The position numbers and the translations under genes were made by a program. Below the pieces are notes generated by a model, which saw only the letters and a list, made by a program, of their open reading frames with translations, had not been told where the DNA came from and did no database searches. Positions 9,597 to 18,743 of a DNA stretch of 64,000 nucleotides are shown piece by piece (the stretch's first letter is position 1; the number at the start of each line of letters is the position of its first letter). This DNA comes from an uncultured bacterium (GTDB lineage: Bacteria; Verrucomicrobiota; Verrucomicrobiia; Verrucomicrobiales; DEV007), in NCBI GenBank assembly GCA_963977015.1, contig CAXBMO010000003.1, positions 160,001-224,000 on the forward strand, written 5' to 3'.

Positions 9597-11156
9597 TCAC
9601 TCCAGCGGTTCAGCCGCTTTCTCCGTCACGGGCTGTTCTGATTCTTCGGCGGCGGTGACTTCCATGGGTTCACTGGTCGTTTCGGACAGTGAAGGGAGTA
9701 GTCCTTCGCCCAAAAACATTCCGGCATCCGATACTTCTTCGGGAAGCTCTGGGAGATCGATTTCCACAAATTGCACAGGCTCCCGGCTACCGACCCCGGA
9801 GCCTGATTCCATTGCCAGAAAATTCATGACCTCGCTCTGTCTTGCGGGGCGGAGATGTTTTTTGCGCATGAGTCCCATCAGGCCGTCGTGCATTTCGAGC
9901 CAGGTCCAGTTCTCACCCGATCCGTGGGTGCGGCCCACCGCGCCTTGGCCGAGTTCGACCACAAAGGTATCTTCCGGCCCGCTGTCGATCACATGGAACG
10001 GAGCGCTGGAGACATCGATCGTGAAGTAGTTGGGATCGACTGGTCCGTCCGGAACGACTTGTTCCTTCTTGTCTTCCTCTTCCATGCTTTCATCATCAAT
10101 CGCCGCGACTTCGGTCGGTTCCGGCCGCTGCTGAAAGCTCAGCCACTTCTTCCACTTTCGATTGTCGGCTGGTTCTATCGACGCCAATTCAACAGGCGCC
10201 TCTTCTTCCGTGATCAGCTCTTCGTTCTCTTCGACTTCCGTCTCGGCGCTGGGCGGTTCAAAAAGACTCCTCAATCCTCGAAAAGCATATTTCGGGGACG
10301 AACTGGTTTCGTCTGCTTTTTCCTCTGGTTCTGGATCCTCAGCGGCCTCCGCAGATTCTTCCGTCTCCTTCGGCATCTCTGCCGGTTCCTGATTGTAGGA
10401 GACCAGCAAGGCTTCATTCTTCTTCTCGTCGAGATTTTCTTCGACCGACGCCACGGCTTCAACCTCCGGATTAGCCTTCGCAGCCTGGCCTCTCAATAAA
10501 ACGCCCAGCATTCGGGTCCGTGCCGGTTTCCCGTCCTTTGACGGAATTTCCTCCAGAATCGCAACCATCTCTTCCGCTTCCTGCTCTTCGTTAGGTTCAG
10601 GTGCTTTTTTGGTTCGCCACGGGAATCGAGCTTCGGAGACGGGTTCTTCCCCTTCTTCGGCTGGGCCGACATCGGCCACCGGTTCAGAATCAGGGGTGTT
10701 GTCCAGTCTCTCAACATTGGCTTCCTCACCCTCTTCCGGCTTGCTGGCGCGCCCCAAGGAGAAGCGGATGGTTCGGAGTTGCGGTTTGTCCGCCGTTTCC
10801 TGTTCCCTGGGCTCTCGGCGGGGCGCGGCAGTCTCTTTGGGTTGATTGACCGGCATTGGAGTGCCTGGAGTCCAATTGACAACAGCTCCCGTGGATGTCA
10901 CGAGGCGAAATTGCGGCGGCGGAGGTGCGGCCTGGTTTCGCGATGCCGGGTTTGCCGATACCTGCGGTAGGCTCGCGCTTTCCTGTCTCCCGATCTGAAC
11001 CGCCGCATCCTTCGCGGCTTTAAGTTGCCGGGCGCGCTGCAGCGCTGCCTCCTGTTGGCGACGCTCATACTCTTGCAAACCCGGATTCGATTGGGCGGGC
11101 AGCAGTTCGGCGCTGACCCAAAATAGGCAGCAAAGAAGGAGCAGAACAGGGTTCAT
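9597..11156 (-). CDS. Secreted protein with C-terminal SH3b-like domain (paralogue 3 of 3)
   Basis: Signal peptide, Glu-rich disordered middle, domain 'GAVGRTHGSGENWTWLEMHDGLMGLMRKKHL'. Confidence 0.75.
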   Translation of the reverse strand: MNPVLLLLCCLFWVSAELLPAQSNPGLQEYERRQQEAALQRARQLKAAKDAAVQIGRQESASLPQVSANPASRNQAAPPPPQFRLVTSTGAVVNWTPGTPMPVNQPKETAAPRREPREQETADKPQLRTIRFSLGRASKPEEGEEANVERLDNTPDSEPVADVGPAEEGEEPVSEARFPWRTKKAPEPNEEQEAEEMVAILEEIPSKDGKPARTRMLGVLLRGQAAKANPEVEAVASVEENLDEKKNEALLVSYNQEPAEMPKETEESAEAAEDPEPEEKADETSSSPKYAFRGLRSLFEPPSAETEVEENEELITEEEAPVELASIEPADNRKWKKWLSFQQRPEPTEVAAIDDESMEEEDKKEQVVPDGPVDPNYFTIDVSSAPFHVIDSGPEDTFVVELGQGAVGRTHGSGENWTWLEMHDGLMGLMRKKHLRPARQSEVMNFLAMESGSGVGSREPVQFVEIDLPELPEEVSDAGMFLGEGLLPSLSETTSEPMEVTAAEESEQPVTEKAAEPLE

Positions 11157-11254
11157 CGGTGCAGGCTATACCAAAATTTGACTGGTATCGCCAGTTTGAG
11201 TCGCAATTTTTTTAAAGAAATCAAAAGCGGGAATTTCACCGGCTCCACAGATTT

Positions 11255-12475
11255 CTACATAGCCATCTCGTAAATTCGCTGACAGGAATCCCTATTGATC
11301 TCCACCGGATTGAACTGAGCGGTCCATTGGGCCGCTGCTTCCTCGGCCAGTCCGGAAACGTTCTCTTCGGTAACTCCGAGATCACGGGCGGTTTTGTTCA
11401 AGCCGGACTTTTTGAGCAAGTCGAGGACTCGTTCTTCCAGTTGGGGATGGAGAGACTGATAAATTTTCGCCACCTCAGGGGCTTGTGAATTCCAGCGGAT
11501 CACATGTGGTAGCATCGTTCCCACCGCTTGCCCGTGGATGATTCCAAAATGGGCCGAAAGAGGATTTGCAGTAGAATGGGCGACTCCCAGCATGCTGCTC
11601 TCAATCGCTGTACCGGCGTAAGCGGCACCGAGTTGCATTCTGGCCCGTGCCTCCAAATCGTTGGGATTCGCCAACACTCTTTCAAACCCTTCGTTCAGCA
11701 GGTGGAAGGCAAGTCGGGAATACTGAAGAGAAATGTCGTTCCGCTTTTTGCAGACTGCGGTTTCCACGGCGTGGGCAATTGCGTCGATTCCGGTAAGTGC
11801 GGTGACGCGATTTGGCTGGGTAATGGTGAGTTCAGGATCGAGAATGGCGACCTTCGCGGCAGCTTTTTGATCGCCGCATGCCATTTTCATGTGAGTCGTC
11901 TCATCGGCAATCAAGGCAAAGGACTGGCACTCGGATCCGGTTCCTGAGGTGGTTGGAATCGCGATCATCGGGAGCATGGGTTTGGTGGCCTTTCCAACGC
12001 CCCAATAGTCCTTCATCTCGCCGCCATTGGTTAAGATGAAGTTGCAGCCCTTCGCGGTGTCCATACTGGAACCACCTCCCAATCCCACGATCAAATCCAC
12101 ATCCCCTTCCCTTGCGACACGGACGGCGCGCTCGACGTCCTTGGTGGTTGGGTTCTCCCGGACCTCGTCGAAGACAAGCACTTCGAGACCGGCTTCCTCC
12201 AGGTAGGCGATGGTTCTTGATTCGTGTCCAACAGCCCTCAGGCCCGGGTCGGTTACCAGAAGTGTCCGTTTGCCGCCAAGCTCCTTCGCCTTTACTCCGA
12301 GCTGTGCAAGCGAGCCCGCACCAAAGACGAGTTCGCCGCCAGGCAAATGCCCGAAATGGGCGACTGACCGCTCAACATCAAAATCTCCAACAAGCGCCTC
12401 GATGCTGATTGCCTTCGACTCCGTGGCATTTGGCTCACCACGAGGTCTGAACAAGGCGTTGAAAAGGCGCTTCAA
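11255..12475 (-). CDS. Iron-containing alcohol dehydrogenase
   Basis: 'GLGGGSSMDTAK', 'IPTTSGTGSE', metal ligands in 'DAIAHAVE', 'GVAH' and 'HG'. Confidence 0.92.
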   Translation of the reverse strand: MKRLFNALFRPRGEPNATESKAISIEALVGDFDVERSVAHFGHLPGGELVFGAGSLAQLGVKAKELGGKRTLLVTDPGLRAVGHESRTIAYLEEAGLEVLVFDEVRENPTTKDVERAVRVAREGDVDLIVGLGGGSSMDTAKGCNFILTNGGEMKDYWGVGKATKPMLPMIAIPTTSGTGSECQSFALIADETTHMKMACGDQKAAAKVAILDPELTITQPNRVTALTGIDAIAHAVETAVCKKRNDISLQYSRLAFHLLNEGFERVLANPNDLEARARMQLGAAYAGTAIESSMLGVAHSTANPLSAHFGIIHGQAVGTMLPHVIRWNSQAPEVAKIYQSLHPQLEERVLDLLKKSGLNKTARDLGVTEENVSGLAEEAAAQWTAQFNPVEINRDSCQRIYEMAM

Positions 12476-12480
12476 TGGAA

Positions 12481-13917
12481 TTAGGCGATGTTTTCAATCT
12501 GGAAGGAACGGCGAGCATACAGAAACTCGAACAGATTCCCCTCATGCGGTTGGTCCCATTTGAGGCGATTCGTCGGGACATTGCCCACATTCAGTCGGTC
12601 AATCGTTGGATGGGCAAAGAGCTTGTTGATCCACTCAAGATCCCGAGTGATGGCCGTGCAGACGAGAGATTTTCCAATGTGGCCGATCATTTCTTCCTGT
12701 GGAGCCTCAATCACCGATGCGAAAGGAAACAAGAATTCGCGAATCGCGAGTTCATGGTCCCAGTCTGGAACGCGCACAATCGTGGGGAGAAGGTAATTCA
12801 TGCCATCCCTTTGTTGATAGCGGTCGGTGCCGCGCAATTCGGCGGAAACATCCCGTGCCCCGTCTTTCAAGCCACTCTCCACCGCATCATTGATCCAATC
12901 CGCCATTTTGGGATTCGCAAATCCGCTCAATTTGGCTTCAGGATCGTCTTGCGCCTTGGGCTCGATCGCCAGCAGTTTCTTCGCAACCGCTTCCGCGATT
13001 TCGTCCCCATATTTCGGTGTGACAATGACGGAAACATTGATGCAGCTTCTCCCTGAATTGGCGCTGACGGACTCAACGATGGTATCGACGTATTTTTCCC
13101 AATTCTCGACCTCATCCTCGCCGATCAGGATCTTGGAGTAGCCGGTACCGTGAACCTCGATCCGGGGATCATGCTCGTATTGCAGGACCGTGTCGTCCCC
13201 TCCAAACAGCATCACCCTGCCGGCGCGCCGGATAATCGCTCCGGATCCATCATGTTGGGTGGGGTAAAAGCTAAAGGCTTCCGGAGGTGCTCCGGCTTTC
13301 TTCATCGCCTCGATGATTCGAATCGGGGTCCAGGGTTCCTCTCGTCCCGGCTTGAGAACCACGGGCACTTTCAGCGCAATCGACGGCGCCCAGAGGGCAT
13401 TCACGGCCGGTGAGTTGGAGGGAAGGATCACCCCAAGGCAATCCGTTAACGCGGCGAAACTGACGGGTGCGCCATTCTGTTCGCCATAACCCTTGTCGAG
13501 AATATTAAGATCCAACCCTCTCGTCAGGCCCTTGAGAATGACATCCGTCTGCGCCATGACGCCATGAAGTCGCTTGTGATTCATCCGAATCAGGCTGTGC
13601 GGCAGGCCGCTGGTCATGGCCAATTGCATCACATAGTCCTCAGGACTCTGCATGTCGCCATTGCAGCCGACCGGTAACGTGTCATTCAGAAAGATATCCG
13701 CCGCATTTTTGCAGATCTCGAGTAGTTCGGAGCATTTGAATTGGTTGAGCGCCTTGCGGGCTTCGCCGATTTTCAGGAGATCATGCTTGATCATGTCGGC
13801 GCATGCAAAGCTGACCTCCGCGGCGTCCTTATCACCGGCGACGTTGGTGACAACCTGGGTATCCAGGCTCTTGTAGACGCGCCCTTGACGCAAAATGGGG
13901 ATGTGAGGAACACTCAT
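12481..13917 (-). CDS. ALDH-superfamily protein, EhpG/LuxC-like (probable acyl reductase)
   Basis: 'LPSNSP', 'LKPG', catalytic Cys in 'NSGRSCINVS', 'EFLFP'. The usual 'LELGGK' is replaced by 'EVHGTGYSK'. Confidence 0.8.
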   Translation of the reverse strand: MSVPHIPILRQGRVYKSLDTQVVTNVAGDKDAAEVSFACADMIKHDLLKIGEARKALNQFKCSELLEICKNAADIFLNDTLPVGCNGDMQSPEDYVMQLAMTSGLPHSLIRMNHKRLHGVMAQTDVILKGLTRGLDLNILDKGYGEQNGAPVSFAALTDCLGVILPSNSPAVNALWAPSIALKVPVVLKPGREEPWTPIRIIEAMKKAGAPPEAFSFYPTQHDGSGAIIRRAGRVMLFGGDDTVLQYEHDPRIEVHGTGYSKILIGEDEVENWEKYVDTIVESVSANSGRSCINVSVIVTPKYGDEIAEAVAKKLLAIEPKAQDDPEAKLSGFANPKMADWINDAVESGLKDGARDVSAELRGTDRYQQRDGMNYLLPTIVRVPDWDHELAIREFLFPFASVIEAPQEEMIGHIGKSLVCTAITRDLEWINKLFAHPTIDRLNVGNVPTNRLKWDQPHEGNLFEFLYARRSFQIENIA

Positions 13918-13926
13918 GGCGCCGAC

Positions 13927-15144
13927 TTAGTAAACTCCTTCGATGATCTTCTTCTCAAGGAACCCGAATGGCCTTACGTCGCCAACTCCATCCCAGGCAA
14001 ACTTCGCATGAGGCTTCCGGCGGATTGCTTCATCCCGCTCCAAGAATCGCGGCATGAAGAATTCCTTGGTGAGAGTCGTGAGTTCCACGCGCCCGTATTC
14101 TCCGTAGTCCCGCGTGACTTCCGTTTTCTCGGGATCAACAATTCGCAAAATGGCACGGGGCTGTGGAGCCCAATAGGTGACCGAGTAGTCATTCTGGGGC
14201 AGCTCCTCGGGCACGCTCATCGCGAGCCCCATCAAAGTGTTTCCGTAAGTGGGAACGAACAGGGATTTTCCTTCGAGGACTTCCTCCTGAAGAAAGCGAA
14301 CATATTCCGGCGTCATTGAAGTTCCGCCACAGAAGCACCCCTTGATTCCATGATCGGGGATCGAGATGCGTTCGCCAATCGAGGCGAGCAGCTTCGGGGT
14401 CGTGAAAATGCAGGAAATGTCGCGATGCTTGATGATCTCAACCGCCTGGTTCATGACGTGGGCCTGGTAGCGCTCCACCTCATCCAATTGTTTGCGGCCA
14501 ATGAGTCGCTTCACCCAACGCGGGTCGAGATCGACGTGATAGCAGCTTCCCCCGCGGTAGTTGGCCAGATGCTCCACCGCAAGACGCAGGCGCCGCGGTC
14601 CGGTAGGTCCAACCATGATCCAATTTCCTCCCTTCGGAAAAAACTCGTCACTCAGGTTGTCGCCGAACTGCTCGTAGTCGTGCTTGTAATCGTCCCAACC
14701 GACGCGTTGCTTTGGCAGTCCGGTTGTCCCTCCCGTTTCGAAGACATTGAATGGTCTTCCGCCCATTCCTTTTGGCACGAATCGCTCGTTCTTCTCATCG
14801 CGAAGCCACTCGTCCTGAAAGTGATCGAACTTGATAATATCCTCGTAAGTTTTGATTTCTTCGCGAGGATCCCATCCTGATTTCTGTTTCCATTCCAACC
14901 AAAACGGACAACCGGTTTCATCGGAGAAATGCCAGTTGATCACCTCACGAAGGTGGTCATTCAGTTCGCTCCTGGCTTTGTCCACCGGATCTGACGAGGT
15001 GGATTCTGTGGGATTTGGGGTGTCGATCACAATCGGTGTTTGTTTTTCGTTTTCTGCTTCCGGTTCCGCTCCTGCTGCGGCTGACAATCCGCCTCCGTTG
15101 GGGGCAGCGTCTTCAGTTGATTTCTTTTTGCCGAGACCAAACAT
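13927..15144 (-). CDS. ANL-superfamily adenylating enzyme, EhpF/LuxE/PaaK-like
   Basis: P-loop 'FETGGTTGLPK', 'YGNTLMG' and 'ERD' motifs; short, with no obvious small C-terminal domain. Confidence 0.75.
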   Translation of the reverse strand: MFGLGKKKSTEDAAPNGGGLSAAAGAEPEAENEKQTPIVIDTPNPTESTSSDPVDKARSELNDHLREVINWHFSDETGCPFWLEWKQKSGWDPREEIKTYEDIIKFDHFQDEWLRDEKNERFVPKGMGGRPFNVFETGGTTGLPKQRVGWDDYKHDYEQFGDNLSDEFFPKGGNWIMVGPTGPRRLRLAVEHLANYRGGSCYHVDLDPRWVKRLIGRKQLDEVERYQAHVMNQAVEIIKHRDISCIFTTPKLLASIGERISIPDHGIKGCFCGGTSMTPEYVRFLQEEVLEGKSLFVPTYGNTLMGLAMSVPEELPQNDYSVTYWAPQPRAILRIVDPEKTEVTRDYGEYGRVELTTLTKEFFMPRFLERDEAIRRKPHAKFAWDGVGDVRPFGFLEKKIIEGVY

Positions 15145-15180
15145 GGCTCTAGTTCAATCAATCTCAAATTCGGTGGCCGC

Positions 15181-16758
15181 TTACGGGAAGAACTTGGCCA
15201 CGGTTTCATCACTTGGCGGTTTCGTCGCCAATGATCCAGCAATCATGGCCACGGCTCCGACCAACCACATGATAGCGACGGGTTTGATGCCGCCTCCAAA
15301 GGTGTATTCTCCGCCAAACCCCGAGACGACAAAGAAGATCAGCCAAGTGACAGTGACGGAAATCACGCAGGCGTAGGCACCCGCACGGGTGGCGCGTCTC
15401 CAGTAAAGGGCCGCAATCACCAGAGGGGTCAGCGCTGCGAAGCCCGAGAAACTCCAGATGGCCAGGTCAAAGACGTTCTGAACTTCTCTCAGGGCGAGCG
15501 AGAGAATAAAGGTGATCAGCACAATCCCGACAACAAAGCCTCTGGCGATGAGCAGGATTTGATTGTCGGTGTATTTCCTTTTGGCGTTGTGGAGGACAAT
15601 GTCGTTGGTGAACATCGTGCCCAAACACAGGAATTGGCTATCCAATGATGACATGATTGCTGCCAGGATTCCTGCCGTCACGAGCCCCACAACAATCGGA
15701 TTGGCCACCAAACCCTTGAGGGTCAGACTCAAGACAGCCCCCACGCTCGCATCCGGCAAGCCCTTGAGAAATGCCAATGGAGGCTTCGCAAACGCCTCGT
15801 TTCCTTCGACAAACCCACCGGTCGCCCAAAGCCCGATCAAGACACAGGGCACCCAGACGATCATGATACAAATCGGATGGGCAATGACCGTAAGCTTGAA
15901 TGCCTGGGCGCTTCTTGCCGTGAGCCAGTGCTGGAACAAGTGCGGAAACATTCCAACACTCAGGGGGATAAACATATAGGTCAGAAACATCAGTGGCGGC
16001 ACGCCGACTTCTCGGAGAAAGGTCCCTTCCTTGGTGACCACTTCGATTTCGGATGGCGTTCGCACCAGGTGCGCTGGGTTTGCCTGCTCGATTGCTGCCT
16101 GCAGTCCTCCCAATCCCTTCGAAATCAGCGTGAACGCAAGCACGCCCATGATCATGAAAACGATCGTTTGAAAGGTGTTGGCCCAGGCGGCGGCTCGTGA
16201 ACCACCGGCAAAAATATAGGTCAGAACCACCCCGCAGATCACCAAACCGATGAGCCAAGGTGGCAGTGAGCCGTCAGGCATGCCCATTCCCGGGAACAAG
16301 CCGCGTGATAGCGGTCCCAATACCCGGTAGGAGCCGATGACGCCGATCAGGAGGTAAGGGATGACGAGGAGCACCAAAATCGGAAACAGCAGGTAGCCGA
16401 AGGTGCTTGATTCGAATCTTCCCCTGAAAAACTGGATCTGCGTCACGTAGCCGTGGCGCTTCCCGATTGCCCAGAGTTTGATGCCGATGAAGAAGAAGCA
16501 GGCTGCATGAATCAGGCCGGAGGAGGAGGCCATTAATCCATAGGTGCCGACTCCCCGCTGAAACGCTTTTCCGGTGGAACCAACGAGGGCGAAGGCAGTC
16601 ATGGTCGTCCCGAAAACGGACATCAACAGCATGAACGGGCCGATCGAGTGGCTGGCGACAAAGTAGTCCTTGCTCGTCCCGCGGAAGAACGTTTTGGAGA
16701 AAAGGGCCAGCCCCAGGAGCAGCCCCAGATAAATCGCGATAACGATGATCGATTGCAT
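15181..16758 (-). CDS. Sodium:solute symporter (SSS family)
   Basis: About 13 TM helices; 'DYFVASHSIGP' and 'AAIMSSLDSQ' SSS signatures. Confidence 0.92.
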   Translation of the reverse strand: MQSIIVIAIYLGLLLGLALFSKTFFRGTSKDYFVASHSIGPFMLLMSVFGTTMTAFALVGSTGKAFQRGVGTYGLMASSSGLIHAACFFFIGIKLWAIGKRHGYVTQIQFFRGRFESSTFGYLLFPILVLLVIPYLLIGVIGSYRVLGPLSRGLFPGMGMPDGSLPPWLIGLVICGVVLTYIFAGGSRAAAWANTFQTIVFMIMGVLAFTLISKGLGGLQAAIEQANPAHLVRTPSEIEVVTKEGTFLREVGVPPLMFLTYMFIPLSVGMFPHLFQHWLTARSAQAFKLTVIAHPICIMIVWVPCVLIGLWATGGFVEGNEAFAKPPLAFLKGLPDASVGAVLSLTLKGLVANPIVVGLVTAGILAAIMSSLDSQFLCLGTMFTNDIVLHNAKRKYTDNQILLIARGFVVGIVLITFILSLALREVQNVFDLAIWSFSGFAALTPLVIAALYWRRATRAGAYACVISVTVTWLIFFVVSGFGGEYTFGGGIKPVAIMWLVGAVAMIAGSLATKPPSDETVAKFFP

Positions 16759-16779
16759 AGGTGGATTCGCGATTTGGAA

Positions 16780-16998
16780 TTAAACGTCTTGTCCGTCCGC
16801 CCACTTTTCCAGCCGGGTCGGCCAAGCGAACTTCATGACCAAGGCCCAGAAAACGGCGGCCATGATGGAGTAGGTGGCGTGGTAAAACAGCCCCACCGGC
16901 ATAAAGCCCATGATCAGGTCTGAGTTATCCCAATTCCAGCTATCCTGGTGAAGGACAGCAAAGAGAATAAATACCGCTACAATGATTTTCGTCTTCAT
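16780..16998 (-). CDS. DUF3311-like small membrane protein (SSS partner)
   Basis: 72 aa, two TM segments, 'LHQDSWNW...GFMPVGLFYH...WP'; directly upstream of the SSS gene. Confidence 0.75.
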   Translation of the reverse strand: MKTKIIVAVFILFAVLHQDSWNWDNSDLIMGFMPVGLFYHATYSIMAAVFWALVMKFAWPTRLEKWADGQDV

Positions 16999-17060
16999 GC
17001 GCTAGAAGGAAACGTCCTTCCCGGGGGTTTGGAGAAATCAAGAAAGTGCCGATTGGCGGC

Positions 17061-18641
17061 TTACTCTCCGAAAGCATACAGATGGGTTTGGGTGGTGACG
17101 TACAATACGCCATTCGCAGCCACGGGGCTGGAGTAGATCGGAGCCGGAAAATCGACGGTCATCAGGACTTCCTTGCTCTTCACCTTGCCGTCACCATCCG
17201 CGTCGGCATCCTTCGAAGCTTTGATGACAATCAATTCTCCGTCTTCATTACCAAGGTAAACTTTCCCATCGGCCACGAGACTGGATCCCCAAATGTGGCT
17301 GAGGGTGTCGTGAACCCAATAGAGCTCACCCGTATTGGCATCGAGGCAATGAAGCACGCCGGAATAGTCGGCAATAAAGAGCAGGCCGTCATCGGTCACC
17401 GAAGGTGTTGAAATGGTCCTTTTTATGCCGTCGTAGGTCCAAATTGCACCGGATGGATTCGCAACTTCGCCTTCCGCGTCGGCGCTGATACAGCTCAATA
17501 GGCCAACGCCTTCACCGTGTTCTGGATCCTGTCCGATCGCGGCATAGATTTTTCCGTTGTGATAGACTGGGGTGGCGATGAATTCGCTGGGTCCAGGGTA
17601 GGTGGCATACTTCACCTTCTCGCCGGAGTCGTTGACCCGATACTCTTTCTTATTGCCGTCATAACGAAAGACTTCCGGAAGAATGTCGAAACCCTCTTCA
17701 TCTTTGACGGTTTCAGGTTTGAATCCGTAAACGAAGCCGTCACCGGCGCCAAATAGAACCATTTTTTTGTCCTTGTGCTCAACGTAACCTGGTGAGCCCC
17801 AGTTGCAGTGCATGACGCGTTGGCCAATGCCGGATCCCTCTTCCCCGACGAGCTCTCCAGTTTCCTTGTCCAGCGCCACGAGGCAGGGCGAAAGCGGGGC
17901 TGGAATGTTGATGTGTGACCAATCCACACCGTTCGAAGTCGAGGCGAAGATGTGTTTTCCGTCGGTGGCGACCGAAGAGCTGGTCACGTTGTGGGGAAAA
18001 ACGCCAAGCTCACTGCGGAGGTCGAATCCCCAGATGATGTCAGCATCGTTTTCGCCCTGTTCAACCAGAGCCACATTCGCCTTACCATCCAGCCCCTTCG
18101 CTGCATACTCAGCTTCTTCCGTGAAAGGGCCGGCGTTGCCGTCAGCGAGGCCGTTCATATCAAAACAAAGCACTTCGCCCCGGTTGGTTACCACGTAACC
18201 CTTCCCGTCATCAATGAGCGGGGAGGAACACATGCCCAAAAACTCCCAGTCAGACACCTTGCCTGCTCCAAGCTTCGGTGTTGTGAGTTGCCAGAGGTAA
18301 CCACCGGTCGCCTCGTCGAAACACATGATGACTCCACGATCTCCAATGATTCCAGGATTTCTCGGTTCCTCATTATTGGTCCCGACAAGCACCTTTCCTT
18401 CCCCTATTGTCGGCGTTCCGTAGGTCTGCGATCCGAGTTTCGCCACCCATTTCAGCCCCTTGGCCGACGCGGTGATTTCTTCGAGGGTTTTCCCTTCGCC
18501 GGCATCCATTTCAGCTGGAAGTCCAGTAACCGGGGAAACCATGTTCTTGCTGTTGTCGCGGCCCCACTGTTTCCAGTCGGCATAGGCGGTTGAGGTGATT
18601 GCAACAGCAATTGCTGTTTTCAGAATGGCGGTTTTGTTCAT
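17061..18641 (-). CDS. PQQ-binding-like beta-propeller protein, exported
   Basis: Signal peptide, 'DWKQWGR', repeated 'CxDAxTG..W' and 'SSP' blades. Confidence 0.88.
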   Translation of the reverse strand: MNKTAILKTAIAVAITSTAYADWKQWGRDNSKNMVSPVTGLPAEMDAGEGKTLEEITASAKGLKWVAKLGSQTYGTPTIGEGKVLVGTNNEEPRNPGIIGDRGVIMCFDEATGGYLWQLTTPKLGAGKVSDWEFLGMCSSPLIDDGKGYVVTNRGEVLCFDMNGLADGNAGPFTEEAEYAAKGLDGKANVALVEQGENDADIIWGFDLRSELGVFPHNVTSSSVATDGKHIFASTSNGVDWSHINIPAPLSPCLVALDKETGELVGEEGSGIGQRVMHCNWGSPGYVEHKDKKMVLFGAGDGFVYGFKPETVKDEEGFDILPEVFRYDGNKKEYRVNDSGEKVKYATYPGPSEFIATPVYHNGKIYAAIGQDPEHGEGVGLLSCISADAEGEVANPSGAIWTYDGIKRTISTPSVTDDGLLFIADYSGVLHCLDANTGELYWVHDTLSHIWGSSLVADGKVYLGNEDGELIVIKASKDADADGDGKVKSKEVLMTVDFPAPIYSSPVAANGVLYVTTQTHLYAFGE

Positions 18642-18743
18642 TGGTCGATCTCTGGAAAAGTAGGTTTGGAAAACAAAGTGCCGAAATACTCAAAAAGGGA
18701 TATTTCGGAAGGCCTGCATGGGGCCGTCAATTCAAAGGGGGCT

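Noticed and set aside
12481-15144. Bioluminescence (lux) or phenazine biosynthesis cluster
   Set aside because: No luxA/B/D or phzA-G homologues in the window; only the reductase-like pair is present.
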